Origin: the human T2T-CHM13v2.0 reference genome, Homo sapiens
DNA: 64,000 nucleotides
Reading direction: 5' to 3' (one strand)
NCBI RefSeq assembly: GCF_009914755.1
Contig: NC_060929.1
The notes beneath the pieces are model-generated. The model did not search any database. It was not told the origin of the DNA and saw only the letters and a list, made by a program, of their open reading frames with translations. How positions within the stretch are numbered: the stretch's first letter is position 1; every line of letters starts with the position of its first letter. This document shows positions 41,618 to 59,479 of the stretch, in pieces. Position numbers and translations under genes: made by a program.

Positions 41618-43084
41618 GAGAGACTGTGATTATCCTCATGTTACAGATGAAGAAACTAAGGCCAAGAGTAAACAAGTAACTTGCACAAGATTGAAAATTA
41701 TAAAAGGTAGAGTTAAAATCTGGGTCCAAATCTGTGGGACTCCAGCTCCTGACCCTCTAACCATGAGACTACAGGGTTTTGGAAGTCACCCAATGTGAGA
41801 GGCCATCATCTGCTCTGTTCTGTTCATTCATTAGGAATTCGATACTTTGGGGAAAGGGTCCCTGTCCTCAAAGAGGAAGTGGTCTAGGAAATGGAGCAAG
41901 AAAAAAGCAGGTGGTGTGGTAGCAGGTGCCTCTGTCACTGTCATTCTCAGAGGTTGGAGCTCAGTCAGGACACAGAGTGCTGAGGAAGCCCCACATCTGC
42001 ACTTTGCCTGGATGTTTTGTTAAGCAGGTGGAAGTTGGTGGTCAGGAAGACCTGGCTCCACCCTCCTGAGTCCCAGCTCTTCTCCAGGGCCATTGATGAA
42101 GTCATTCTTGAAGGAGGGGCCCACGAAAATCTCAAAAATTACAAAGCACAAGCTCTGGAAAAGGTCTTCATGTTTGGGGATGAGCCGAAAGCAGGACAGC
42201 ATGCTAGCTAAGAGTGGAGAATATGGAGTCTTGCCTTCAAATCCTGGCAGTTGGATAACACTGAGAAGTTAGTTAACCTTTCCAAGCCTCTGCTCTCTCA
42301 TCTATGAAACGGGTATGACAATGCTTACCACAAAGGGTTGACTAAATGACCTCAAGAATATAAAGCTCTTTGCACAATGCCTGGCATACTCTAAATCTCA
42401 TATCTAGTCAATGTTAGTTATGATGGAAAAGAAGGAGTTAAGTAGCTCAGTGTGGCTTTTCATTCTCAAAAAGCCATTTTATTTTGAATTCAAGGGAAAA
42501 AAGAGAAATGTTTCTCAAAACTTCAAACCTTTCTTAATTTTATTCAACTGGCTCTCATGCAAAAACAAAACAAATGAAAGCTATTTAGCTCTTGTTTTGT
42601 CCAAATCCTTATTTCACAAATAAGGAACCGGGTCCCAAAGAAGAAAAAGAACTTGTCCAATGTCTCAGGCTAAGTTGCTGGCAGAGAGTCCAGAATTCCA
42701 ACAGCCTCCCATGACATTTGTTTCCAAGGCCCAAGATCCTTGAGAGGAATTGTGAGAAGAGAGGAAGGCAATAAATACGCCGCCCTGCAACAGCTGAGAC
42801 AGTTTGAGCTGACTTCACAGGCTGATTCTGCATCTAACAAAGCACCACCCACAGAGGGCACCACTTACGCAGATACCAGGGTTCAGGATGCCCAAACTGT
42901 TTTCTTTCCTCCTGGACCATTTAGACTAGCATCAAGGGAAGTTAACATCAAGCCCCCAAATGGCATAAATATCTGTGCTTAGAATCAAAACCTAAAAGAA
43001 GTGATATTGTGGTCAATCCAGGACTAAAATCCAGACCTCCTAAACATTCCAATTAGGGACTTACCAACCCACCCAGATGGCTGT

Positions 43085-43615
43085 TCTCATTTTCATTACT
43101 GTGTGACAAACTTGCACCAAAACTCAGTGAAGTAGCCAAATTCTGTGGGTCCAGAAGTGGACAGAGCATGGCAGGGACATCTCTTCTCTGTGCCACAGTG
43201 TCTGGGACTGAGGTGGGAAGACTCAAAGTTTCACAAGCATGACTCATACACACACACAGGAATTTTCTAGAGGTTTCTTTGCCCTCCTGTCTGGTACCTG
43301 CATTGGGATGAAGTGAAGATTTGGTCTGCCATTTACCCTGCATGTGGCCTCTCCACATGACTTGGGCTTCCTCACAGCATGGCAGTTCCTAGGTAGTCAC
43401 AGCAGTTCAGGCTCCAAGCAAGGGTACTCCCATGAACAAGGAATACTTTTTATGACCCACCCTCAAATGGGTGGCAACACTTAGCACATGGCATAGCTTC
43501 CATCATACTTTACTGGTCAAAGCAGTTACAAGCTCACCTAGATTCAAGGTAAGGGGATGCAGATGCCACATCTCAATAGGAGTGTCATCAAATTCGCAGG
43601 CATTTTTTTAGAGTG
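43085..43615. mobile_element. MLT1-type MaLR LTR relic
   Basis: ttctgtgggtccagaa..ggacagagcatggcaggg...ggcctctccacatgacttgggcttcctcacagcatggcag...cctagattcaagg. Confidence 0.7.
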
Positions 43616-43849
43616 TAGCTGCCCCTTGCATGTGTATATCACCAGCCTAAAAATGCCCTTTCAGCTCTGCAAGCTCAGTTCCATATTTTATAGCTCCTCC
43701 ATCCTCAACCCTACAAATAAAGCAGGAACACTGTGCTTAAACAAAATAACATTTTATCTGAGTCCTGACCCTTGACTGGGGCTCCCTGGCAGGACTCTGG
43801 TTAGGGTGGCCACTTACTTCCATGATATTGTTCATTCATACCTTTTATT

Positions 43850-44460
43850 CTGTCTCCTAATCTACCCCACTGCTAAGACGTTTCAGTTCTATTTCAAAAT
43901 ATATCTGGAGTCCTTCCACTTCTCCCCACCCCCACTGATGACAGCCTTATCAGAGCACATCACTCTCCTGCTATCTTTCATCAACTTCTGCTGCTCTTAG
44001 AGTGGAATCTAACTTTTGGTCCCCCAAGAGCATTAGTGTGCAGGACCTGGCCCTGCCTACCCTCTGAGCTCGCTCATCTCACTCTCCTTCTGGCTTATTG
44101 TTTTCCAGCCTCACCAACCTCCTCTCTCTTCCTCCAAGCCATCTCCAGGCCCTTGCACTTGCCCCTCCTCCTGGAATGCCCTTTCTGCAGCTATTTGCAC
44201 ACCTGCTCATTCTGATCCTTCGAATGTCAGCTCAAATGTCTCCTCTTCGGAAAGGCTTCTCTGAGCACCCTCTCCATACACCTTTGGTCCCTTCATGCCA
44301 GTCATCATAATCTGTAATGAATATGACATCTTTATCTTTGTGTTTGTTTTCTGATGAGTGCAGGGACCTTGTTTTCTTGTTCCCTGCTCTGCCCCTTGCA
44401 CCCAGAATCCTCTCTGGTCCACAGCATGTGCTCAATAAGTATCTGTGAAATGAATGAGCC
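43850..44460 (+). mobile_element. L2 LINE fragment
   Basis: caggcccttgcacttgc...cctggaatgccctt...cagctcaaatgtctcctc...tgctcaataagtatctgtgaaatgaatga. Confidence 0.75.
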
Positions 44461-45533
44461 AGATGCAATGCTGCATAGCTTGTGGGAGCAGAAGAAATTG
44501 AGTCCATAAGTTTATTTATTCTTAAAAAGCAAATTACAGCAGTCCCCTATACTTGCTGGTGATTCCACCGGTCAACAAAGAATGTGCTTTATAAAACAAA
44601 ATAGAAAGAATTGAAGAATGTTAGTGCCTTGATAGGGCCCTCAGAGATCATTTAATTTCTCATTTTGTAAATGAGAAAACCAGAACCCAGAGAGGTTGTG
44701 GGATTTTACCCAAGATCATAACCATTTCTTCATAGCACAATCTTTCTTAGTATTTAATTTCTTTAATTAAACAAGCAATTGTCCACTGAAAAAAAATGAA
44801 AACTATATAGAAATGTCTCGTAAAGATTGGACCTCCCCCATTCTCACTCCATACTCCAGGAGGGACCGCTGTTTCTACTTCGAAGAGAATCCTTTCAGGC
44901 CCCTTTGTGTGTGATTAAAAACACATATGTGCATACTTACGCATCTAAATCTTTGCCGTAACACTTCACTATCTTGAAAATTACCTTAGACTTAGAAATA
45001 AAAAGACTTCTTTATGAATGCATTATTTTAATTACCACCAGCTGCAGTGGTTTCAAGGAAAGGGATTCCAGTGTGTGCTACTCAGTAACTGAGGGAAGAA
45101 AGCCCATGGGGCATTTGGCTGGTAGGAGGACTCTGTGGGATTGACCACCCAGGAGCCACGGTTGGGGGTGGAGGGGTGGGGGGGAAGGTTGGGGAGGGGA
45201 TGCAAATGAACTTTGCTCTCCTCGACCACTCAGGACCTGCTGATTTGGGTGGTAGGTGAGATTCTAAACTTTCCTGATGAATAAGTGCTGACTGATCCAT
45301 AAAGAATGATTAGACAGCTGAATAATCTCCTATATGCTTCATTGTAGGATTCAAAACTAGAAAAAGGAAACTTTTCTAAGGGAAAGTGCTGAAGAGAACC
45401 AGGAAAAGGGAGGTAGAAGAGTTCAACAATTAACAATGGGAAGGCAGGAGTCAGACAGGCTGGGTTCAAATCTTGAGAGCCTCGCTGAAGCTTGGTTTTC
45501 CCATCGGTAAACTGGGGATGACAGAAGTACTAA

Positions 45534-45869
<336 letters not shown>

Positions 45870-46439
45870 TAATGACTGTGCTGGGTGCCTTCCATGTTAC
45901 ATTTCATTAATCAGATGAAACAGAAATTGAACTTGGTCAGGAATCTCAATGATCCAAGATCTTTAAAAAATAAAAGTTGTTCATTATACCAGGCTGAAGA
46001 GGGCAGTGGGATGAGGAAGTGGCATAACAAAACTTGTATTCTTGTTCTCTGCAACAAGAAGACTGTGGAGAAACCTCATGCCCAGCCTCTCTAAGTCCAA
46101 GTTAGCCCATCTGTGGATAATAATACTTGCCCTACCCCTAAGGATCATGTAGTATATGGGATGCTGTGGTGTATTGCAACTGACACAGTATAGATCTCAC
46201 TAAATAGAGAAGGTGTGAATGAATTAATACATGGATAAATGGAAAGACATGGGATGTGGAAAGAGTCGTCCAGGCTGTGAGGTTACCTACTAAATAGCCT
46301 TGTGAGTCACTCTCTCACACCCAAGTTTTCTCATCTATGATTTGAGATGTTGATTCTTATCAACTCTAAGACATACATTTTTCACTTTGTTAGCATCTCC
46401 TATAGGGATGGTGGAGAAGCTCAGCCCTGGGGAAAAATA

Positions 46440-46665
46440 TCCATGAGGCAAAGTGAGTGCAGTGCCTAGGACCCATAATACTTTTAGGAACCCACAAAGT
46501 GTGTTTAGTTTATTTCAAAATAAGAAGAAAAAGATAAACTTTTAGGTCAAAAAATCTTGTAATATATAATATTAGTATGTTAATCTGTATACCAATAGTC
46601 ATAAAAAGTAATTTTAAATATTTTCTCTGGAAGGGAACCACAAAAGTCATAACACAACACTGGCT
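46440..46665. mobile_element. MER96-like hAT element relic
   Basis: cagtgcctaggacccataatacttttaggaacccacaaag...ggaagggaaccacaaaagtcataa resembles the recalled MER96 consensus. Confidence 0.45.
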
Positions 46666-47239
46666 CAGCCCTCCACCTAGCCCAAGGTGATAACCTTGGA
46701 AACCTTTTATTGAGACCCTAGCACTTCATAGTACACTACCTAAGAATCACCACACTCTCCTAAGGGTTGTTAGATAAAAGAAGGAGGTAACTTGGTTTGA
46801 GTGTCCTCAAGGAGTAGAACACAGACAACTATCAAAGATGCTGCAGAGGAAAGTCCTTGAGTGAAGGTCAGTTTGCATCCCCTTCTAATGCCAATAGCTT
46901 ATGATCATCAATCAATATTCAATTTGTGTCTTCCTGACTTTCAAACACATATCCTGATATTTCTCCAACTAGATGTTCCTTCTGCAATGAAGGTGAGATG
47001 GCAGAGAACCCAACATGAGGTTGAATTATTCCGAGCAAACGTCCCTGGCCTCATCTGTCAATTAAGAGCCATTGAATTTTAGGTCCCCCTCACCTCTGAA
47101 ATTCTTAAACAAGAAAGATATAAAAAGGAAATAAACTATATGAAGGTGTAGATAATAAATGGTTACATTTTGCAGCAGTGTTCTTACATTTAGAAAACAC
47201 CAAATCTTTTATGCTAGATTTGTTTCTTTTTTTAATGGT

Positions 47240-47615
47240 AGAGATTTTAAGCTGCTCAATAAAGTCCATTTTCTCTTCTTCCTAAAAGTCCATTTTCTCT
47301 TCTTCCTAAGTACACAACTGGACTACATTTCCCAGCAGCCCTTAGATGTGGCCACATGACTGAGTTTAGCCAATGAGAGATGAGCAGAAAAAGATAAGCG
47401 CCACTTCCAGACCTAAACCGTAAAAAAAGCCCCATGCATGGTACTTAATGCTCTTTTTCTCATACAGCTAATGATTGGTTGACAGCATGAAGCAGCAACC
47501 CCCACCCATCAGAACTTCTTTTGACTGTTATGTAAGCCAGAAATTATTTTGTTGAGCCATTACATGTTTGGATTTATTTATTTATTGCTGTGATATGGCC
47601 TGCCCTAGTTATACA
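47240..47615. mobile_element. MLT1-type MaLR LTR relic containing a perfect 24-bp tandem duplication (47261-47308)
   Basis: gactacatttcccagcagcccttag...gtggccacatgactgagtt..gccaatgag; aaagtccattttctcttcttccta twice. Confidence 0.65.
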
Positions 47616-48589
47616 AGCCCTAAACTCAAATTTAACTTTCTTTTAAAACATACGATGAAAAATCAGTTATTAATACATCATTTTTTTAAGTTGCTGAAGC
47701 CAGATAATCTGGGCAATAGTCACAGTTGCCTTTTAAATACATGTAGGACAAATGCATTTAAATAATGACCCAGCTGTCCACCAAAATGTAACTTCTAATA
47801 TAGGACAAATAGAACTTTGAACTTAGTTATGGCCTCTGTGTACGTATTTAATAAACTTTTTTTTTCTGTCTTTGATACTTCCAAGTAGCTTATTTATGTT
47901 TTATGAAAATGGTTTCTATAGAGGGAAAAAGAATAAATGATCCCCCAAAATAATATTTCCTTTTTCTGATACCCAATACCACTGTATTACCCCACTTCCT
48001 CTCTGGCCAATGAAAATCTGTCCTGCCTACAACCTCCGCTGCCGAAGAAGCTGAAATTAACCCAAGTAAAGCCATTCCCCAGGCTGTCTGGCACTGTCCT
48101 ATGGCCTGGCAACAAGAGAGGAACTGAACAATCCATGCCTGTCCTTCAAGAATGAGGAGTAGGAAAAGTGAGAGAATTGCTAGTGGAGCCAGATGGTGAA
48201 AGGAGGTATCAGATTTTAATTAGGAGATGGCAAGTCCAAACCATGTGCAAGCTAAATTTACGGAGGAATTGGAAGAGCACAGAGGGTGAGAAAGGGCTAC
48301 ACTTGGTAGCAACAGAAGAATAAAGCAGGTGCATGCAAAGATGCAGAGACATAGGAAGAGTCAAAATGAACTTAGCAAGCCCAGTCTCACATCCTAAAAA
48401 ATTCCACTTTAAGCTACAGTCCCTTTGCCTTCTCCCAGCAAAATCCCTCCAAGCACTAAGACAACTTGAGAGATTTCATTGCAACCAAAGTACATCACCA
48501 GATTTGCTTCTTGGTACATCCCTGTATGCCCCAAATGCCTAGCCTGTGTATTCCGGTACTAATGATTTTCAGATAAAACAGGTTCCGTT

Positions 48590-49355
<766 letters not shown>

Positions 49356-50824
49356 TCAGAAAGACAAAGTACCTGGAAGGGAAACCACCTTGGACCAGGA
49401 TGGAAGTGTGCAGAAGTGGTATGGTGAAGTGCGATGGAACAAACAAGAACTACACTTAGCAGTCTTTCCATTGGCTATTTCAATTTACACATAAGAGTAG
49501 GGTTGGTGTTCCATATTAACACCAATATAGACAGAATCCATTCTTATGGTCGGTGCACATGCCAAACCATTGTTAATTATTTTGAATATTATCCTTGCAT
49601 CAGAGTCAATTATGTGATAAGCACAGAATTATATACCTGGTGCAGGGGGAAGAAGAGAGGCATAATATGCATCTCTTATCCTCTGCAGTTCACAATCAAA
49701 TTAGGTAATAGAGAATAAATGAATAACTCAATTATAACACACCAAAGCGTTTCTTGTATTAGAGATAAAAATAATGTGCTTTGAAAATCAGGAGAAGGAA
49801 GCATGAGGAATTGAGAAAAGAATCTTACTGGAGGTGAGATCTAACTGGCACATGATGCTGTGATGGGATAATATCGTGCAAGAGAGTGATGTCCATGACC
49901 CACAGAGGGGAAAACCTGAGCATGAACACAGAGGCCGAACACCAGGATCTATGTGAGGAGCAATGAATAGAGTGGCATCGAGGGGTGGCAGGAGGGGACA
50001 CCAAGTGGAGGGTGGGAGGAGAGATAAGGCAAGGAATACTAAACCGGGGCAAGATCAGGAGGGCTATGAATGTCTGCCTCAATTGCAGATTTTTTCTCTT
50101 GGCAAAAGCAACCACCTGAGAAGGGCCATAGCATTGTGGTTAAGTACAAACTTTGAATCCCAGCTCCTCCACTTTCCAGCTGTCAGAGCTGGGAAAATCC
50201 TTTTATCTAACTTAAGTTTCCTCATCAGTAAAACTGAGAAATACCAAACCTCACAGGGCAGCTGATACTAAGGTAAGATAAATATATTGCCTGGGGTACA
50301 GTAAGTACTCAATAAACACTGTGAGTTTTGCTGTTATAGAGGATTTCTGAGGGATGGGGAGTTACATACGCTGTTGTTTTGGAAGTTACTAGTTGAAGTA
50401 TTAAGGAAGATGGACTGGAGATAGGGGAGGGCCTAGCATCAGGGAAATCATATTTAAATAACAATCTCTATAGCTGAAAAGAATCCTAAATGCCATTTAA
50501 TTTAACCCTTTCATTTTACAGATAAAGTGAGGCTCAAAGAGAGGGTGTAACTTACTAGAGCCTAGGTATGTGACTCCCTATACAATGAATGCCCTTTCCC
50601 TCACACATTTTCTCCCCAGCCTTTTCTATACCCATTATCCATCCAACAACTCAGTCTAAACAAAACAAAATTTACAGTGCATACTGGTTTCAGTGACTTG
50701 AGACCTGGAATTTAAGCCAGGCTAGAAGAGGATGCCAGTTTATTGACTCAAAGTAGGGTGACCAGCATTACAAGTCGCCTTTACCCCCTCCCCAGGCGAA
50801 TATTTGCAAACCTTGAAATCAATG

Positions 50825-51050
50825 GGCCAGGCGCGGTGGCTCACACCTGTAATCCCAGCACCTTAGGAGGGCGAGGCGGGCAGATCATCTGAGGTCAAGA
50901 GTTTGAGACCAGCCTGGCCAACATGGTGAAACCCCATCTCTACTAAAAATACAAAAATTAGTTGAGCGAGACCACACCATTGCACTCCAGCCTGGGCAAC
51001 AAGGGTGAAACTGTATCCAAAAAAAAAAAAAAAGAAAAAAAAGAAAAGAA
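50825..51050 (+). mobile_element. AluSp/Sq-like SINE with internal deletion of the start of the right arm
   Basis: Left arm intact; aaaaatacaaaaattag joins directly to ttgagcgagaccacaccattgcactcc; TSD gaaatcaatg. Confidence 0.88.
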
Positions 51051-52715
51051 ATCAATGAATCATTCATATCTAAACCTGAGTCTTATTATAGGGGGCTTGG
51101 TCAAAAACAGCCCCTGGACCTGTGGCAGCTCATCTCTGTTTGACACTAATCGCATGTGAATGCTTGAGTTAAGAAGGCATCATTAAAAGTACATTAAGTT
51201 TAATTATGCCAGCAGCGTGAGGCAGGGAGATGCTACAGCTTAATGCAGAATGCATAATTAGATAAGACCTAATCCATTAGATTCTTATTTGTTAAGAAAA
51301 TGTGTCTCATCTATAAGTGTCACCACAAGTGATGTCTGGGAACCCACCTCCCAGATGAGGGCATTTCCACCATCTGTGAGGCCTTTGGCGATAAATATTG
51401 CCATGATACACTGACACGAGGATGCTCCCAACTCCTACAAGTGAGCCATCAATGACAGCAGGCTTCAGGATTCCAGGGCAAGGAGCCCAGCTTCCTTCTG
51501 TCTCTTGTGTAGTACAAGAGTCCTGGAATAGAAGGCAAGAGGCTTGGGCTCTGTTACCACCTCAGCCACTTTCTAGTTATGTGATACTTGGCTCTTAAGC
51601 CTCTGTATGCCTGGGTTTCCTCATCTATAAAATAAATCATTTTAATTATTATAATTGCTTCACAGGGTTGATGTCAGAATTAAGCAAGATAATCCATGTA
51701 AAGTGCTTAGAGCAGTGCCTTGAACGTGTTATGTACTCAGTAAATAGCAGTTGCTGTTGCTGTTGTCATCATCATCATTATTGTCACCATTAATCTATAG
51801 ATAATATTATTATTCCAGATAGTCTATTATTACTTCATCACCACCACTGGGCAAGCAAATCACTTTTCTTCTCTAAGCCTCTGTTCCCTCTTTTATAGAA
51901 TAAGATGCTATCTCCTAGTCATCTCAAAGGTTCTTTTGTTTTTATTTTGGTTTTGTCTTGTTCTTTGCTGGAAGAGTATCCATATGTTGATAAGACTCTC
52001 AACGGGCTCCCCAAAATGTTAAGAACAACTGTACATTTTATGTTTGGGAGTCACTACTCCTTTGAGATCTGATAAAGGAAAATAAATCCCCAATGCAGAA
52101 AACACACACATACACACATTCACACATACATGCATGCACGCACAAAATTTCAATTTTAAGAAGATTGTGGGACCTGCCTGAAATCCATTTGTTGTTCCCA
52201 CAGGTGTCCACAAATGCCAGGCTCAGAAGCTCTGCTCTGAAGTTCCCTTTTAGCTGCCTACCTCTGTGAGCCATAAGGCTCCCATGTCCTATCTGTGAAA
52301 TGGAGCTAACAAACCCTGCTGAACATCCTATACTATTCACAAGTGCAGACAGCAGAGCATGATGATGAAGTCTCTGCAGTCAGAATTCAAACTCCAGCTC
52401 TGCTTCCTGTGAGCTGTGTATTCTTGGGCAAGTACTTTGATCTCTCTCTTTCTCACTTTCTTCTTCTGATCACTGGAAAATTTAAATGAGATAGTGGATG
52501 AAAAGGACAGAGATCCAGCACATAGTAAACCCTGAGGAGATTTTGGCCACATTATTGTCATTATTTTTAAAAAACCTGTGAGGACACATAATCTAATCTT
52601 TTTATTTTATAGATGATAAATTTGAGACCTAAAGAAACATTCAGAGAACAAAGATTCAGCACCAGGCACAATGAAAGGACATTCAAAAAATCATGGAAAA
52701 AAAAAAAAAAACATG

Positions 52716-53660
<945 letters not shown>

Positions 53661-54091
53661 AAACAAAAAAGAAAGCCTCTGGACATGTGGAAATTTAAAC
53701 GCACACATACGGAGAGCTGGAGCTGCACTAGGATGCCAGGGCTCAGGGCAAACCGACAGTAGCAGTCACCAAGGCCAATCACACTGCTCGGAGACCATAA
53801 AGGAAGCAGTCACTGGAAAAGCATTGCCTGGTAAGTAAAGTGTATGCTGAAGCCCACAGTCAGGCAGGACTGGCTGTGGAAAGGGGTTGGCTGTCTGGGT
53901 TTGATACAGCTCTCTCCCTGGGCTGGAAACCTCTCATCCCAAACCTCTCATCCCACAGCCACTGGTCCCCATCCAAAAGTTGGTCCCCATCCAAAAGTTC
54001 AGCTGGGCCAAGTGCATTTTCCATGCTAAAGCCCAGCAGGGAAGGGGTCTGAACCACAACAAGATACAATTAAAAGTCAAAGCATCAAGTG

Positions 54092-54095
<4 letters not shown>

Positions 54096-54122
<27 letters not shown>
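54096..54122. repeat. Poly(A)27 tract
   Basis: 27 consecutive A. Confidence 0.95.
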
Positions 54123-54123
<1 letters not shown>

Positions 54124-54795
54124 CCTTTTAAGCAGTTGCCGTGACAGAAATATCAAGGACCCCAGAAATTTTCAAAAAAAAGGAAAACCAGATCAGCACC
54201 CTCTGGGGTTTCAAGCTCCTCACCTCAAGAGTCAAGTCAAGGGGAGATGAAAGGAAAGCAGGTCGGCACAGACAAAGCACGTCCAGGTTTGATGCCCACC
54301 AGTAAGTACAGCAGGGTATTTCTCATCATAGGCTTGGAGCCAGATGACCTGTGTTCAAATTCAAGTTTCTCCACTGTACAAGTTACATAGTCACTTTAAT
54401 CCTCAAGTGGCTCAACTGTGAATTGGGGAGAATGATGGAACCTGCTTTCAAAATTGATCATGCTCTTAAAACACAGGATCTGCTAAAAAGTAGTGTATAA
54501 ACAATTACTTCTTAAAATTTTTAAAAATAAATTAATAAACAAAAATCCTTGTATCCTGGCAGCCTTCCATCTTAGAGTCCTCAGAGTCCATCCTCAGAAC
54601 ACCAAAATATCACTATCTGATGATCAGAGATGTTTGCTTAAAGAAACTAGAATTCTTAAACCTTAAGCCTTTGTCCACTTGTTCTGGCTTCCGCAAGTAC
54701 TATGATTTTTTTTTTTTTTTGGAAGCAATTTCTCAGCCTGCCTAGGAGAGTGATTCTCACCTGTCTCAGTTAAATAAAATATCATTTCCATTTCT

Positions 54796-55097
54796 TTTTT
54801 TTTTTTTTTTTTTTTTTGAGACGGAGTCTCGCTCGTTGGCCCAGGCTGTAGTGCAGTGGCATGATCTTGGCTCGCTGCAACCTCTGCCTCCCAGGTTCAA
54901 GCGATTCTTCTGCCTCATCCTCCTGAGTAGCTGGGATTACAGGCACGCACCAACATACCTGGATAATTTTTGTATTTTTAGTAGAGACAGGGTTTCACCA
55001 TGTTGTTCAGGCTGGTCTGGAACTCCTGACCTCGTGATCCGCCCGCCTCGGCCTCCCAAAGTGCTGCAATTACAGGCATGACCCACCACATCCAGCC
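54796..55097 (-). mobile_element. AluS (Sg-like) SINE
   Basis: Poly-T then gagacggagtctcgctc...ccaccacatccagcc; flanks share aaaa(t/c)atcatttc. Confidence 0.92.
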
Positions 55098-55269
55098 AAA
55101 ACATCATTTCTTATACAGGGTCTAACAATTCCTGTTACGTTAAGGTGCATTTTCAGGGAGAATTGATTAGGAGTTCTAGGATCTCATGAAGAAATAAGCT
55201 TAAGAAAAGCTGTGTTAAATAAAGAAAATGTTTCCGTACTTCAGGTCTTCTCAGGGCCTTTATAACATG

Positions 55270-56680
<1,411 letters not shown>

Positions 56681-56682
56681 TA

Positions 56683-56994
56683 CATCATGCATCACATAGT
56701 GACAGTTTGGTCAGTGATGGATGGCATATAGGACAGTGGTTTCTTAAGATTATAATGCCATATTTTTACTGTACTTTTCCTATGTTTAGATACACAAGTG
56801 CTTACCATTGTGTCACAATTGCCTACAGTGTTCAGTACAGTAACATGTTGCAGCCTATTCCATATAGCCTAGGTGTATAGTAGGCTCTACTATCTAGATT
56901 TGTGTAGGTACACTCCATGATGTTTTACAATAATAAAATCACCTAACAATGCATTTGTCAGAATGTATCCCCAAAGTTAAGTAACATATGACTA
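56683..56994 (-). mobile_element. Tigger3a/MER7-like TcMar DNA element
   Basis: Ends aaatcacctaacaatgcattt.tcagaatgtatcccc...ttaagtaacatatgact, the reverse complement of the recalled Tigger3 terminus. Confidence 0.72.
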
Positions 56995-57659
56995 AATATT
57001 GTTTTCATATTGGTAATCTCATTGTCTAGAACAATACATGGCACAGAGTAGAGGCTCCTTAGGTGTCATAAGGAATTGTGAGAAGGAAGAAGAGAGCAAT
57101 GAAAGCTGTCTAGGAAAGAGAGAGAGCAAAAGCAAAGGTTAGGATGAAGACATGAACACCATGAGAGTGGAGATGATGATAACACTTTGTGGGCTGAGAT
57201 GATGTTGGCTGTGTAGAAAAGGGCTAGATACAAGATGCCTATAGATACCAGCCCTAGGAGCAATAACACTGCCATACATAGTCCAATGCATACTATATAT
57301 AACAAGATGGGATCAAAAGAAGGCTTGGCTGGGAGCCTAATGATGGATTCAAGTCCTTTACTCTTCTTTTAACTAGTTCGATGACCATTCCTTGAAGTTC
57401 AATTTTCTCACTTGTAAAGAGGGTTTAGACTAGGTGTCTTTTAAGTGTCCTTTTTAAAACCTACATTCTGTGCCACAACAGACTATTTGCCAAACATTTT
57501 TCATAGCGTCGACTTAGTTCATGCTTTTTTTAAAAAATATCCTTAGTCCTACTTTCTGATGAACACTTACACATTTTTCAATATCTAGTTCAAATAACAT
57601 CTTCTCTGAGAAACCTAACTTATCCCTGGGGTGAGTTAATTCTTTCTCCACGTAGTCTT

Positions 57660-58060
57660 TGATATAGTTTGGATATTTGTTCCCTCCAAATCTCATATTG
57701 AAATGTGATCCCCAATGTTGGAGGTGGGGCCGATCTTGGAAGTTTCAGTCATAGGGGTGGATCCCTCATGAATGGCTTGGTTCTCTCCTTGTGGTAATGA
57801 GTGCATGTGAGATCTGGTTGCTAAAAAGAGTCTGGAATCTCCCTCTTCTCTCTCTTCCTTTCTCCCTTGCCATGTGACATGCTTGCTCACCCTTCACCTT
57901 CCCCCATGAGTAAAAGCTTCCTGAGGTCCTGACCAGAAGCAGATGCTAGTGCCAGGCTTCTTGTACAGCCTGTAGAACTGTGAGCCAAATAAACCTCTTT
58001 TCTTTACAAATTATCCAGTCTCAGGTATTTCTTTATAGCAATGCAAAACAGAGTAACACA
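57660..58060 (+). mobile_element. MST (MSTA/MSTB-like) MaLR solo LTR
   Basis: TG...CA ends: tgatatagtttggatatttg...aaatctcatattgaaatgtgatcccc...aataaacctcttttcttt...ctttatagcaatg...taacaca. Confidence 0.88.
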
Positions 58061-58904
58061 GTACCATCATAAAAAATATACACATGCTTTTTTTTAGCAC
58101 TTCCCACATTATAACTCTTTCTATAATGTGACTGTATCCATAATACTTCATACACATAAAAATAATGGCCAAGGACTTCTGGATTTCAATAATGGCAGAG
58201 CAGCTTGTGTGACACTAACTCCCAGGTGGTAACAATTATAAACTCTGGCTAAATACCTTTAAACAACTGTTTGAAAACTCTAAAGAGCAAGCAAGAACAA
58301 GCAGAAACTGGAAGCGATTTAAATCTTGAAGGATGAGACCCTTATAGCTAAAATCCACAATGAGTAGCATTTTACCTTCTAGGCATTTTCCAGTCCATGT
58401 AGTAAGATGTTGGTGGATAGAATTCAAGCAGAAAGCTCTGGTCTTATTGACCTGAGGGGTCTGAGGAGAGAGTTTAAGGAAAATAGCCCCTGAAAGGCTA
58501 AAAGGGCAGAAGGGAAATCCAAGCAGTTGTGCACCACAGGAGAAACAGTTTGGAATTCTCATTTCACCAAGTTATAAGGTTTTGGTAAACATCTCAGACT
58601 TTTCCTTGAAATTTCAAAAGGGCCATGCCTTAAGAGGAAAGATCATATCCCAAGGCTAAAAGATTCACCCTAGTACTAGGAATAAACCCAAAATAGATCC
58701 CCTCAAGCAAAGCATAAAATGAAACCTTTCAAAGGTCAAAGTGCCCTGGCAGTAATTTAACTCCCTGATAAAATAAAACTGAATTATCTTCATAGGAAGA
58801 TAACAGAATACAGAATCTGGAAAACATATCATCTCAAATCTCTAGGATACAACAGTAAAATTATTAGAAAGGAGAAGAAACTGGGAAAGAGATCCACAAA
58901 TGAC

Positions 58905-59479
58905 CACAAATCTTGGAGTTCTTCGGAGAATCAGACCCAATAGAAGATATAGATATATAGATATAGATGATATGGGTAGACATAGATATATAGAGATCTA
59001 TTATAAGGAATTGACTCACATTAGCATGAAAACTGGCCAGTCTCAAGATCTACAACATGAGGTGGTAAGCTGGAGACCCAGGAAAGCCAAATGATTTCAT
59101 TCCAGTCTGAGTCTGAAGGCCTGAGAACCAGGAAAGCTGATGGTGTAGTTCCAGTCTGAAGGCTAGTGGGCTCAGAACAGCCAATGTTTCTGTTCAAGTC
59201 CAAAGGCAGATAAAAGCTGATGTTCCAGTTTGAAGGTCATCAAGCAGGAAGAATTCTGTCTTACTCAAGGAAGGGTTAGGTTTTTGTTCTATTCAGTTCT
59301 TCAACTAATTGAATGAGGTCCAACCTCATTAAGGAGGACAATCTGATTTACTCAGTGTATTGATTTAAATGTTAATCACATCCAAAAACACCTTCACAGT
59401 AACACCCAGAATAATATTTGACCAAATATCTGGGCACCCCATAGTCCAATCAAGTTGATACATGAAACTAATCATCACA
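58905..59479 (-). mobile_element. MLT2 (ERVL) LTR
   Basis: ttataaggaattgactcac...ctggagacccaggaaagc...cacccagaataatatttgaccaaatatctggg...caagttgatacatgaaactaatcatcaca. Confidence 0.85.

Noticed and set aside
52655-52675. REST/NRSE-like motif TTCAGCACCaggcacaatg
   Set aside because: Only the left half-site matches; the GGACAG right half is absent. Other half-sites (11746, 54192) are equally incomplete.
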